The position numbers and the translations under genes are program-made. This document shows positions 39,278 to 51,495 of a stretch of DNA of 64,000 nucleotides, piece after piece. Numbering within the stretch: position 1 is the stretch's first letter; every line of letters starts with the position of its first letter. The stretch comes from Octopus sinensis (lineage: Eukaryota): contig NC_042999.1 in NCBI RefSeq assembly GCF_006345805.1, positions 46,190,001-46,254,000 on the forward strand. Direction: 5' to 3'. The notes beneath the pieces are model-generated. The model saw only the letters and a program-made list of their open reading frames with translations. It was not told the DNA's origin and made no database searches.

Positions 39278-39620
39278 GTGAAGATAATAAATAGTGTAGA
39301 AATGTAAGATTCTAGATTAAAATTCTTTATAGTGTTTACCTTCATCCTTTTACGCTGTGAATTAAAACCTTATGTAACTTGGCGTCACTTTTTATCCTTT
39401 TTGAAAGAAGGGAGTAAGTTCTAATAAGATATTAGTGTTGATATTTTCACCATCACTTCTCGTATAAAAAAAATAAGGGCTAAATGACTAATGCATACAA
39501 AAGTAAAAAGCAAAAACAAAATAATGAAAAGGGAAAACTATACCCAGTTTAGTAGTATAACTAGTAGAAAGGTTTTAGTTATTTGTATTTATTTAAATAA
39601 CTTCTGTTTCTTTTATACAG

Positions 39621-41594
39621 GGATCGTTGAAAAATATGAACATTGTGCGAGGAGGCCGGATCAGAGAAATTCTATGAGAAATGGTATAGAACCGGCACCT
39701 AATAATAGACCCCCGCACAATCTTACAAAGAATAAATCTCGAGAAAGTTTAACGAGTAGAAAGTCATCATCTTCGCTAAAAAGCATTGGAAGCGATTCTA
39801 TGCAAAACAAAACTAAAACGAAGACAAAAGGACGGACATCGCCGAGTGTAAAGAGCACGAAAATAAACGACAAACATGTCAGGTGTTCTATATCTCCATC
39901 GTCTTCATGGTATTATGATCCACTAAATGCTGTATGTAACATTCCATCGATAAAACCAGTCCGAAGTTCATCTACTGGAGCGTTAGTCAGTATTAATGAC
40001 AAATTCCAAGCAAAACGAAGTGCAAGCTGTAATAATAATCCACTTGCGAAACGAAATTCTCTTAAAAAGCACAACAGTTCCTTGGATCAGAATCTAAACC
40101 ATTCGATTTCGAACTGTAGTTCAGTTGGCTCGCCTGAAACCGGAAGCAAGTTATCCACGTCGAACTGTGTAAAAATCCGGAAATGTCGTACGCGTTCTCC
40201 TAGTATAAGAAGTGTTAATGATGATCTAATTGGTTCTTCGCCTAAAGAAAACACCAATGAAATGTCTTGCTCTGACACTTCAACCAAAACACTCACCTCA
40301 GAAATGGTGAAGGGTATTCATAAGCAACATCCGTCTACCCAAAGCTCTCCGTCCAGTAAAAGCAGTAAACAAAATATTTCGCCAAAATCAGAAGCGACTC
40401 AAGCCAAAAGGCAGTCTAATGAGCCAAAGGAATATTCGCAAACTGAAAGTCTTGAAGAGATGTTGAAAAATTCTTCAAATTTATCAGCTACAAAAGAGAA
40501 GAGTAAAACGAATCCTAAAATGTATGCTTCTGCATTTTCTTCATCGTCCACTTCATCTTCATCATCCTCTCTGAAGGCCCCAATAGCTGCCGCCGCTGCA
40601 GTTGCGCTTGGTCCACAAGGGGATTGCGAGACGCTGGCTTTTCGAAAGACAAGCAATAGGTCTTCTAGTAAAATTAATCGAAAATCTTGGCCGTTTTACC
40701 AAAATCAGTTGCTTGATGTTTGTCAAGGAGCGCCTGGTGTCCCCAAGCTGAAATCTAGCCCCCTTTCTACTGACCGTTTAACCAGAATTGAAAAGAAGAA
40801 GCAACGCAGTCAATCATTTGATAAGGACGGTGTTGTCAGTTTGACGACACCTTATATTAACACTCCTGCTAACGCTCAACCAAGGGTATCTAATTATTCT
40901 ATCACCTCCTCTGGTTCATTCGTTTCAGCTAGCAGCTACTCTACAGAATCTTATGAGTCTTTATTTACATCAGAAGAATGCAACGAAGCAACGGAAGAAA
41001 CCAGTATGAAACATTGCTCTTCTCACACCGAGTCATCACTTACTCTTCAATATGTCAGTGCAGAAGGTGCATCTGTCGGTGGTAGTACGTCAGCAGAGTC
41101 CTTTGCAACGGTCAATGAGTCGGCCACAGAACACGTTTCCGTCAACGGTAGCACATCAGCTGATTCTTTTGCAACCGTAGATGGTTCTTCTGCAGATTCC
41201 TCTCAGGGCATGCGCAGATTTCCACCTCCACTTCAAGAACAGCCAGCGCCACCAGGTCCGACGTTATTGTTAACAACTTCAACCTCCACCGATTCATCTC
41301 AGTCATCGTTGTCACCTTCTCTCTCTCCTCGTTTTCGATCTTTGCAGGCGTCACCTTTTGTGCCAACTGCTTCACCCATTTCACCCTCTTCATCAACATC
41401 ACTAACACCAAATGCCTCAAACGATCCAAACGTACAATCAGTACATGCATCACCTGCAAAAACTTGTACATCTTCTTCGACACAATGTTCACCGTCAGAC
41501 CTTCCAAACACCGAATTCTTGCCTTCAAATATGTTAGGAACTCTCATCGGTTTCGATGCACTCTCTATAAACTCTATGAACAGATATTCCAAAG
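39621..41594 (+). CDS. PLEKHM1: Large internal exon, ~658-aa Ser/Thr/Pro/Lys-rich, probably disordered linker
   Basis: Lies inside the 726-aa ORF 39491-41671; acceptor ttcttttatacag, donor AAG|gtatgt; 1974 nt, phase 1 to 1, no stops. Confidence 0.85.
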
Positions 41595-43218
41595 GTATGT
41601 TTTCTTCTTTTCTTTACTTCTTTTGCTTTCTTTTGAAATATTTGCATGAAAGAAACCATAAATATATTTAATAAGCATACATAAACCAAATACGTATGTA
41701 CTTACGTAAATATTGAAACTTAAAATAAATTGTGCTTTGAGTAAACATTTTTACTTTGGCCGAGAGGAACGAAATTGAGGCGTTGGTTAAACTATATGCT
41801 TTTCTGTGTATGATCATGAAAAAGGATTTCATTTATTACTGGTTTCCATATTTTTTTTTGCTGGTTCATCAGAGATCATTTGCTCATTTTATTGACCCTC
41901 TCTGTCCCGGGAAAATTGCAGTAAGTAGCTATTTATTGCATACACAAACTCACATAGAATGAAAGTTCTCTGTCGTACGCACATTCCACATTTTTCTCCT
42001 TTTAACGCTAAAATAAGATGTCAGTATTTCGTATTTAAAAATGTAAAAAAAAAAAATAAATAAAAAAGATCCATATTTTTAAAAAATTGAGACATAGGCC
42101 ATTCTTGGAACTACCTATTAGAAATTTAGGGTCGATTCACAGGAGTAGACAGGATGTTTGAATTTCGCAGATTTGATCGCAAGCAATTTTATCACACAAG
42201 TGGTGAGATGTTTAATTTGTGTTAGGGTGAGATTTTGTCAGTGTTAAACAAATAATTGAACGTATTTTTCCCTCTCTCTCGGTATTTCGGTGATTCATTG
42301 TTGAATTTGTCAAGCATTTTTGTGCCCCAAAGACATCGGGACAAAGTAACAGATCTCTTCCCCCTTCCGACAAATATGAGCTTACTTTAACTCACGAATA
42401 TCTGTCTGTTTGTCTTCTCTGCACTATATTGATCGCCCACTCAGTTTTCTTCTTTTTTTCCACGTTGATTTAAAAAAATTTTTTTTTTATGTCGATTATA
42501 TTTTTCTGTCTTGTTTTTCTGATCCTGTTAAAAACTGGGTCGATGAGTTGATAGGTTGTGAAAATCTACCAGTAGAAAATCTACCGGGCTCATAAGGCAG
42601 CGATTATGTATGACAGTTATTGTTATTCATCATCGGAACACCTTAACTCTTTTGACAATGTGTTGTCAGATATACACGATGTATGCGATCAGATATTCAT
42701 GCTCGAATCCACCAGGATATATAAAGAATGTATGTATTATTGTTTGGAATATCACACCATTAAAAAATTATCTGTTTCGCAGAGATCATTACGCGTTTGC
42801 CGATTTTTATAAACAGTAGCTCGTACTTGTATGAGATTCATCGTTCGGGCGCAGTAGCTTTGATTCAGGAGGCACACAATGAGGTCAAAATGGCACGGCA
42901 CTTCAAAGTCCTCTAAGGTAATTTATCTGCATGCTTTAAGGACACACATCGTTTGATAAGAGTCGAGTGCTCTTCAATGACGAAACAAGAAGATCCATCA
43001 AATATTCATGATTGAATATGCCAGACAGAAGTATTAAGCACTTTCTATTACATAAAGATTTACTGAAAGATGTATTGAGAAATATAAGTTTATCTATCTG
43101 TCTCTCTGTCTGACAGTCTGTCAGCTTGCCTGCATCTGTCTGTCTGTATGTATACTTTATTTAAAGCAGCAGAAAATTCAACAAAACCTGTTACTCTGAG
43201 TTTCACGTTGTCTGTATG

Positions 43219-43259
<41 letters not shown>

Positions 43260-43276
43260 TATATATGCATGAATGT

Positions 43277-43449
43277 AGGCGTGGGAGTGGCTGTGTGGTA
43301 AGTAGCTTGCTTACCAACTACATGGTTTCGGGTTCAGTCCCACTGCGTGGCACCTTTGGCAGGTGTCTTCTACTATAGCCTCGGGCCGACCAAAGCCATG
43401 TGAGTGGATTTGGTAGACGGAAACTGAAAGAAGCCCGTCATATCTATGC

Positions 43450-43487
<38 letters not shown>

Positions 43488-43693
43488 ATATGTTTGTGTG
43501 TCTGTGTTTGTCTCCCCATCATCACGTGACAATCGATGCTGGTTTGTTTACGCCCCTGTAACTTAGCGGTTCGGCAAAAGAACCGATAGAATAAGTACTA
43601 GGCTTACAAAGAATAAGTCCTGGGGTCGATTTGCTCGACTAAATGTGGTGCTCCAGCATGGCCACAGTCAAAATGACTGAAACAAGTAAAAGA
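43277..43693 (+). mobile_element. SINE-B, full length
   Basis: Match to family. Confidence 0.9.
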
Positions 43694-43977
43694 GAGAGAG
43701 TGAGTATGTCGAAGACGTGTGGCCTGGTTTTGCACTCAAAATCGAAAGATCTTGGTTTCGATTCTCAGATCGGGTGCTGCGTTGTTTTCTCGATCAAAAC
43801 ACCCCATTTCAAGATGTTCCGTCCATACTGCTGTAAATCTATAATCCTGCGACGCAGGGGTAATTTTAGGATCACCGTCAGTTAATCGCCATGGAATCCG
43901 GATAACCATGCCTATGAGTTCTAGTACTCGAGACAATAATATCCAGTGGACGTACTTAAATTTTTATGTATGAATGC

Positions 43978-44139
43978 AGGCGTGGCTGTGTGGTAACAAG
44001 CTTGCTCCCCAATCACATGGATCTGGGTTCAGTTGCACTGCGTAGCACCTTGGGCAAGTGTCTTCTACTATATCCTCAAGCTGACAAAAACATTGTGAGA
44101 GGATTTGGTAAACGGAAACTCATCATGTGTGTGTGTGTG

Positions 44140-44172
<33 letters not shown>

Positions 44173-44375
44173 TGTGTGTATGTGTGTGTGTGTGTTAGTG
44201 CTTATCCCCCGCCACCGCGTGACAAGCGGTGTTGGTGTGTTTACGTCTCCGTATCTCGGCAAAAGAAACCGATAGAATAAGTATCAAGCTTGAAACAAAA
44301 AATAGGTTTGATTCATTTGAGCACAAACTTTTACAATCTGTGCCCCAGAATGACTACAGAAACAAGTAAAAGATA
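43978..44375 (+). mobile_element. SINE-B, diverged
   Basis: Match to family. Confidence 0.8.
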
Positions 44376-44390
44376 AAGATTATCTATCTG

Positions 44391-44441
<51 letters not shown>

Positions 44442-44496
44442 GTTTATTCATGTATGCCTGTATCTATTATACTGCATTATTTTCTTATTTGTTTAG

Positions 44497-44657
44497 GGGA
44501 AACCTCACCATCACACAGTAACGAAGTTGAATGCGGTTCTTTTCCAATTACCCCGGACGACAGTGTCAGCGATTTGACGACACCCCGTCATTCTTATGCA
44601 GAAAGCATGGTTGACCAGATCAGTTTAAATAGTACCAGTACATCAGATGGTAGCCAG
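44497..44657 (+). CDS. PLEKHM1: Coding exon (GETSPSHSNEVECGSFPITPDD...STSDGSQ)
   Basis: Acceptor ttcttatttgtttag, donor CAG|gtttag; 161 nt, phase 1 to 0; compatible with both neighbours. Confidence 0.75.
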
Positions 44658-44744
44658 GTTTAGTATCTGTTATGTATTCGATTTCACACTTGTTGAACAT
44701 TCAGTGTTTGGCTACTGCTATTTAATGGCCAAATTGTATTTCTT

Positions 44745-44945
44745 ATTTCTTTATTGCCCACAAGGGGCTAAACATAGAGGAAACAAACAAGGACAGACAA
44801 AGGGATCAAGTCGATTACATCGACCCTAATACGTAACTAGTACTTTATTTATCGACCCCGAAAGGATGAAAGGCAAAGTCGACCTCGGCGGAATTTGAAC
44901 TCAGAACGTAAAGGCAGACGAATTACGCTAAGCATTTCGCCCAGG
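44745..44945 (-). mobile_element. SINE-A
   Basis: Reverse-strand match. Confidence 0.85.
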
Positions 44946-45009
44946 CCAGAGTGACAAGGGAGTATCTATGCAAGTCGGATGAAACAAATACTTTACAATA
45001 TAAATATAT

Positions 45010-45303
45010 AGGCATAGGTGTGGTTTTGTGGTAAAAAGCCTGCTTCCCAAACACATTCTTCCGGGTTCAGTCCCACTGCATGGCACTTTAGGCAAGTGTC
45101 TTCTCTTATAGCCTCGGGGCGACCAAAGTTTTGTGAATGGATTCAGTTGGCGGAAACCGAAAGAAGCCAGTCCCTGTAACATAACTGTTCAGCAAAAGTG
45201 ACCGATAGTCTTGGAGTCAATTCGTTCAACTAAAATTCTTCAAGGCAGTGCCCCAGCATGACCGCAGTCTAACGACTGAAACAAGTAACAAGTAAAAGAT
45301 AAA
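45010..45303 (+). mobile_element. SINE-B, internally deleted
   Basis: Match to family; the microsatellite segment is missing. Confidence 0.8.
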
Positions 45304-45344
45304 AATGCTGTTTATATATGCATATTTGTGTCATTTAAAAAAGT

Positions 45345-45555
45345 TAGGTGGCTGAATCGTTAATGCGCTGGGCGAAATGCTTAGCAGTATTTCGTCCGTC
45401 TATTACGTTCTAAGTTCACACTGCGCCGAGGTCGACTTTGCCTTTCATCCTTTCAGAGTCAATAAGATATGTACCAGTTGACACTGGGATCGTTATAATC
45501 GACTAGCCGCCTTCCCTCAAATTTCGGGCCTTGTGCCTATGGTAGAAAGGATTGT
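45345..45555 (+). mobile_element. SINE-A, alternative tail
   Basis: Match to family. Confidence 0.75.
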
Positions 45556-45707
45556 TATTATTATTATTGAGTGAGAGAGCAGTGCATGCTATCAAAGTGA
45601 CACTGGGGTAAAATATACGACGCCTAATATACCCATTAGGACTACCCGACTGATAAGGGTACACCAGGAACATGCATCGCAACCATATCTGCGCGACATG
45701 GTAATCT

Positions 45708-46011
45708 TCATCATCATTATCATCATCATCATCATCATCATCATTATCATCTTCTTTTAAGGTCTGTTTTCCATGCTAGCATGGGTTGGACGGTTCGACG
45801 GGGTCTGGGAAGCCAGGAGGCTTCACCAGGCTCCAGTCTGATCTGGCAGTGTTTCTACAGCTGGATGCCCTTCCTAACGCCAACTATTCCGTGAGTGTTG
45901 TTGGTGCTTTTTACGTGCCACCGGCACAGGGGCCAGAGGAGACTGGCAAACGGCCACGATCGGTTGGTGCTTTTTACGTGTCACCGACACGGACGCCAGT
46001 CAGGCGGCGCT
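45708..46011 (-). mobile_element. SINE-E with (TGA)n tail and an internal ~28-bp duplication
   Basis: Homologous to the 6066 copy; gtg.cggtg.cacgtaaaaagcaccaac occurs twice. Confidence 0.8.
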
Positions 46012-46421
46012 CAAGATAAATAGTATATGACCTTGTGGGTGAGTCCCAGTTAGAATTTTCTTCAGGTCGAGTAGCCCATCCTACTCAAAAGTTCCCTGAA
46101 TAAGGATTGTTTGAAGATGCTGAACGAGACACACAGTTTTGCAGAGGTGAACTATTCAAACCCCAAAGAATTCATCTCAACACATGGCTATGATGCTTCC
46201 CCACTACTTCTGCCCGTGATGAGAGATGCACATATCGTCAGTCACTAAGGGACATGCTCAACTGGTTAAGGTCAAACAACTGACAAGCAAATCTGTGGTA
46301 TTGAACAGAATATTTGCTGTAGCACATCTTTTATACCAATACAAAACAATGTTCATGATAACACTTCCAATCAGTTAAGATCAGAAGCCACGAGAGCCAC
46401 TGCCTGGTACTGCATCAGGGC

Positions 46422-46472
<51 letters not shown>

Positions 46473-46482
46473 CATCATTAGT

Positions 46483-46685
46483 AAGGCGGTGAGTTGGCAG
46501 AATTGTTAGCACACTGGACGAAATGCTTAGCGGTATTTCACCCGTTGTTTACGTTGTGAGTTCAAATTCTGCCGAGGTCGACTTTACCTTTCATCTTTTC
46601 GAGGTCGATAAATTAAGTACCAGTTGAGTACTGGGATCGATGTAATCGACTAGTTCCCTTGTGCCTTCACTAGAATGGGCTATTA
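46483..46685 (+). mobile_element. SINE-A, alternative tail, embedded in (TTA)n
   Basis: Match to family. Confidence 0.8.
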
Positions 46686-46703
46686 TTATTATTATTATTA
46701 TTA

Positions 46704-46759
<56 letters not shown>

Positions 46760-46777
46760 TTTTTTTTTTTATTATTA

Positions 46778-46808
<31 letters not shown>

Positions 46809-47044
46809 GATGATGATGTTAAGATAGTGAGCTGGCGAAATTGCTAGCGAGCCAGGCAAAATGCTGCTTAGCGTATATTGTATGCGAGTAGCAAAGATTT
46901 TAACTGTCATTTCTTTGTGTGTGTGTGTGTGTGTGCATAATGGTTAAAAGCGTAAATTCGAATATGATAATATAATGATATGAGGAACTGATGGTGGATA
47001 CATAACATTGCCTTGCTTGTTTCTATTTTATATTTTATTTTCAG

Positions 47045-47141
47045 CTCGCTGGAGAATGCCCATTTCTGTTCAATTGTAATGTGAGAAGGACTGTGAAACT
47101 CACCTTATCCAGTACATGCCCAACATGCCATAGATCGTTAA
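47045..47141 (+). CDS. PLEKHM1: Coding exon, start of RH domain (LAGECPFLFNCNVRRTVKLTLSSTCPTCHRSL)
   Basis: Acceptor attttattttcag, donor TAA|gtaagt; 97 nt, phase 0 to 1; first CxxC of the RH domain. Confidence 0.8.
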
Positions 47142-47382
47142 GTAAGTACAAAATATTAGAAAAAAAGGCAACACAAACAAGCAAATAGTGGAAAAGAATG
47201 TGTATTTAAAACTGGTGATAAACACAGGTTTTTAAACATAATACGTCTATAAAGGAATCTTTCTCACGATGACCACTGCACTTTTGTTAAGTAGGTCATA
47301 TGAATAAAGTGTGCTGCACATTAATGATTTATTCAAATTAGCAATTGTTTACTTACGTCTCGGCTTCGGTTCGCTGTTTCTA

Positions 47383-48194
47383 TACGAGCTGATATCAAAG
47401 AGTTGCCAGATTTGTTATGTTTAATAAAGAATAACTCAACCTAAGTTTTTAATATGATCTCCTTCGAAATAGTCACTTTTGTGCGGCAATACACAGGTGC
47501 CAATGGATCTCGACAATGGTGTTAAAATGGCGACCTTTGAGCTGCATTTTCATCTTGGGGAAGAGATGAAATTCCGCAGGTACTAAATCTATCGAATAGG
47601 TCGGGTGCGGAAGTGATACCATGTTGTTTTGAGCGAGAAACCCACGAGTGAGGAAAGCTTGGTGACAAGGTGCATTGTAATTGTGAGGCATTATCATTGC
47701 CTACACGGACCCATATGGCAGACCAACGGCATAGCAATGTTGTAGTTTGTCCTTCGAAGATCCCCATGCACAAGCTGATGAATTTTCTCTGCATTTCCAG
47801 GGGTGACGCTCGTGGCAGATCTTCAAGATCTCTCATCGTCTTCCAGGGACGTTCTTCCGGTTTTGAAGCACCCGTACCACTAGAAACATTGCGAACGACC
47901 CATTGCTTCGTCGCCATGAACATGCTTAATATCTCCGTTGCGGACTTCCCAATTTAAATGCAAAATTTCATGTTGGCTCTTTGTTCCAACTTCCTCTCCA
48001 TAACAGAAATCGCAGGCTCCAGCATACATGTGATCACTAAAAGACATATTCCACAACTTGTGAAGTAAACACAGCGATTTCACTCGGCACACTGCCGCAT
48101 GAATGTTACTGCTAGCTCTCACTGTGTACACAACCGTGTGCTGCCATCTGATGGCGCGCTACTAGTCCGGGAAGTTTTGTAATATCACCTCGTA
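47383..48194 (-). mobile_element. Internally deleted mariner-like transposon, second family
   Basis: Imperfect TIRs starting TACGAG with TA flanks; N-terminal HTH remnant (EQRANMKFC, GDEAMGRSQCF) fused to a C-terminal remnant (NAPCH, LPHPTYSIDLVPAEFHLFPKMK). Confidence 0.8.
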
Positions 48195-48492
48195 TACTTT
48201 AGACTGGCCGAGGTACCTTCGTGTCGGAAATGACTTGAGTACTTGGCAGTAACAAGGTTCAGAACAGCGGAATGCGGATAAGTCACTCTCGTGGTCGCTT
48301 TCGAGATGATTTCGTTTCCTCTTGCTCTGAAGTATATTGTGTTTTTAACACACTGCGTCTATAACGCTATATTCCCCCAAACGACCACTTCAGCCTCTGA
48401 CTTTACCACGATATACACACGGAAAGTATATCAGTATATCATATCAAAACTTAATCTATACCATTTCCCATTCAATATCAGAATAATTCCTT

Positions 48493-48712
48493 AAGGCGGC
48501 GAACTGATAGAAAAGTTAGCACAACGGGCAAAATGTTTAGCAGTATTTCGTCTGTCTTTAAGCTCTGAGTTCAAATTCCGCCGAGGTCTACTTTGCCTTT
48601 CATCCTTTCGGGGTCGATAAATAAAGTACCATTTGCATACTGCGGTCGATCTAATCGACTGCTCCCCTCCCCCCAAAATTTCGGGTCTTGTGCCTAGAGT
48701 AGAAAAGAATAT
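48493..48712 (+). mobile_element. SINE-A, left boundary of the tandem duplication
   Basis: Match to family. Confidence 0.85.
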
Positions 48713-49664
48713 CAAAATAATTCCATTCAGTTTGGAATAATTCCATTCATATTACATACTATATAGTATATAATATGCTTTTGGGCATAAATAATAAATA
48801 AACTTAGTGAATAAATTGATTATGAATGGAACGATATAACGCAAAAATCAGTTTATTATTAGTTGTACATAAATGATTAAATCAAAAACACTGTAATTTT
48901 TATTCTCATTTTGAATGGAATCATTCTTGTTTTGGATGGAATTATTCCATTTTGAAAGGAACTATTCCATTTTGAATGAGCTATTCTATTTCGAATGGAA
49001 TTATTCCATATTGAATCAAATTATTCTCATATTGAATGTGGAATGCTATTAGCTTATTGCATAATATATATATATAAATATATATATATAGGATAAGAGG
49101 AGTTTTCGTTTCGAATGCTCAAAAAGGTGTACCACTAAAATTCAAATTTGAACAGCAGTTAAATTTGTGGTAAGTGGCTGGCTTGTTCAAAGTGGCTGGA
49201 AGTAGCTTCCCCTTGAATCAGTAGGTATAGGTTAAAGTAGTGAGGAAAGGCAAACAATTAAGCAAGACATTTAATTTAATTCAATTTAGCTACATAACGA
49301 ATAGTAATTTGTTATTGCATAATTTGGCTTTTATTCAACTTAGCGGCCGCTTTGGTTTTATCATTCGTTGCAATTTTTTTTTTTTTACCATTTTTTACTA
49401 TTCGAAGTAATAAGTAAGCATGAGGTTTGTTGAGCGTCTAATCTAATTTCTTTTCCTGGACGGCACTACTTTCTTTCTTTGACGTCGTTAATGTCCTTGT
49501 AAAAAACAGAAAAGCCTTACGCATAATTTCCTTCACCTGCTCATAATTCTGGGACTTTGAGTATAAAGAAGAAATTAGTCAACTAACTAATCATTTGTTT
49601 AATTAATTATTAAATCGTTTATAAGTGTATAAGCATTGGGACTCTTTAAATTGAATAGTTGCAG

Positions 49665-49793
49665 ATTTTAATCCCCGAATGCCGCGCAAGTGTAGTTACG
49701 ATGGACTGTACTACTGTGATAAACACCATGTGGACGACATTTTCTATATTCCGGCTGAAATGGTTTTTAACTGGAAGTTTGAGATGTTTAAAG
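49665..49793 (+). CDS. PLEKHM1: Coding exon, RH domain (FNPRMPRKCSYDGLYYCDKHHVDDIFYIPAEMVFNWKFEMFK), copy 1
   Basis: Acceptor gttgcag, donor AAG|gtaaga; 129 nt, symmetric phase 1 to 1; C...GLYYC..H...IPA....NW signature of the PLEKHM1/DEF8/Rubicon RH domain. Confidence 0.85.
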
Positions 49794-49867
49794 GTAAGAA
49801 TGAACTCATTATACTGACTGATTTTCTTTATCATCATCATCATCATCATTATTATTATTATTATCAC

Positions 49868-50088
49868 CAAAGTAATGAACCTGCAGAATCATTCGTGTAC
49901 TGGGCAAAATACTTAGCGGCATTTCGTCCGACTTTACGTTCTGAATTCAAATGCTGCCGAGGTCGACGTTGCCTTTCATCTTTTCGGGGTCGATAAAATA
50001 AGTACCATTTGCATACTGCGGTCGATCTAATCGACTGCTCCCCTCCCCCCAAAATTTCGGGTCTTGTGCCTAGAGTAGAAAAGAATAT
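49868..50088 (+). mobile_element. Chimeric SINE-A at the duplication junction
   Basis: The 5' half equals the 51245 copy and the 3' half equals the 48493 copy. Confidence 0.85.
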
Positions 50089-51040
50089 CAAAATAATTCC
50101 ATTCAGTTTGGAATAATTCCATTCATATTACATACTATATAGTATATAATATGCTTTTGGGCATAAATAATAAATAAACTTAGTGAATAAATTGATTATG
50201 AATGGAACGATATAACGCAAAAATCAGTTTATTATTAGTTGTACATAAATGATTAAATCAAAAACACTGTAATTTTTATTCTCATTTTGAATGGAATCAT
50301 TCTTGTTTTGGATGGAATTATTCCATTTTGAAAGGAACTATTCCATTTTGAATGAGCTATTCTATTTTGAATGGAATTATTCCATATTGAATCAAATTAT
50401 TCTCATATTGAATGTGGAATGCTATTAGCTTATTGCATAATATATATATATAAATATATATATATATAGGATAAGAGGAGTTTTCGTTTCGAATGCTCAA
50501 AAAGGTGTACCACTAAAATTCAAATTTGAACAGCAGTTAAATTTGTGGTAAGTGGCTGGCTTGTTCAAAGTGGCTGGAAGTAGCTTCCCCTTGAATCAGT
50601 AGGTATAGGTTAAAGTAGTGAGGAAAGGCAAACAATTAAGCAAGACATTTAATTTAATTCAATTTAGCTACATAACGAATAGTAATTTGTTATTGCATAA
50701 TTTGGCTTTTATTCAACTTAGCGGCCGCTTTGGTTTTATCATTCGTTGCAATTTTTTTTTTTTTACCATTTTTTACTATTCGAAGTAATAAGTAAGCATG
50801 AGGTTTGTTGAGCGTCTAATCTAATTTCTTTTCCTGGACGGCACTACTTTCTTTCTTTGACGTCGTTAATGTCCTTGTAAAAAACAGAAAAGCCTTACGC
50901 ATAATTTCCTTCACCTGCTCATAATTCTGGGACTTTGAGTATAAAAAGAAATTAGTCAACTAACTAATCAGTGTTTAATTAATTATTAAATCGTTTATAA
51001 GTGTATAAGCATTGGGACTCTTTAAATTGAATAGTTGCAG

Positions 51041-51168
51041 ATTTTAATCCCCGAATGCCGCGCAAGTGTAGTTACGATGGACTGTACTACTGTGATAAAC
51101 ACCATGTGGACGACATTTTCTATATTCCGGCTGAAATGGTTTTTAACTGGAAGTTTGAGATGTTAAAG
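51041..51168 (+). pseudogene. Duplicate of RH exon 49665-49793, 1 nt shorter (ATGTTTAAAG to ATGTTAAAG)
   Basis: Otherwise identical, with intact splice sites; 128 nt, so inclusion shifts the frame into a TAA early in exon 58463. Confidence 0.75.
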
Positions 51169-51244
51169 GTAAGAATGAACTCATTATACTGACTGATTTT
51201 CTTTATCATCATCATCATCATCATCATTATATTATTATTATCAC

Positions 51245-51450
51245 CAAAGTAATGAACCTGCAGAATCATTCGCGTACTGGGCAAAATACTTAGCGGCATT
51301 TCGTCCGACTTTACGTTCTGAATTCAAATGCTGCCGAGGTCGACGTTGCCTTTCATCTTTTCGGGGTCGATAAAATAAGTACCAGTTCAATAGTAGGGCC
51401 GATGTAATCGACTTACTTCATCTCCCAAAACTTGTGTGCCAAAATTTGAA
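51245..51450 (+). mobile_element. SINE-A, right boundary of the tandem duplication
   Basis: Match to family. Confidence 0.8.
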
Positions 51451-51495
51451 ACCATTATTATTATTATTATTATTAATTATTATTATTATTATTAT

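Larger units (their letters stand above)
48632..51384 (+). repeat. Tandem duplication, two units of ~1376 bp (48632-50007, 50008-51384), with breakpoints in SINE-A copies
   Basis: The units differ at only a handful of substitutions or small indels. The middle SINE has the 5' half of the right SINE and the 3' half of the left SINE, switching at aagtacca. Confidence 0.9.

Noticed and set aside
39491-41671. The 726-aa ORF as a complete single-exon gene
   Set aside because: The first 43 codons and last ~25 codons are AT-rich intronic sequence outside clear splice sites (39621 and 41594); it is an internal exon.
48900-49050. CRISPR-like array of palindromic repeats
   Set aside because: Units are contiguous with no unique spacers, the context is eukaryotic and there are no cas genes.
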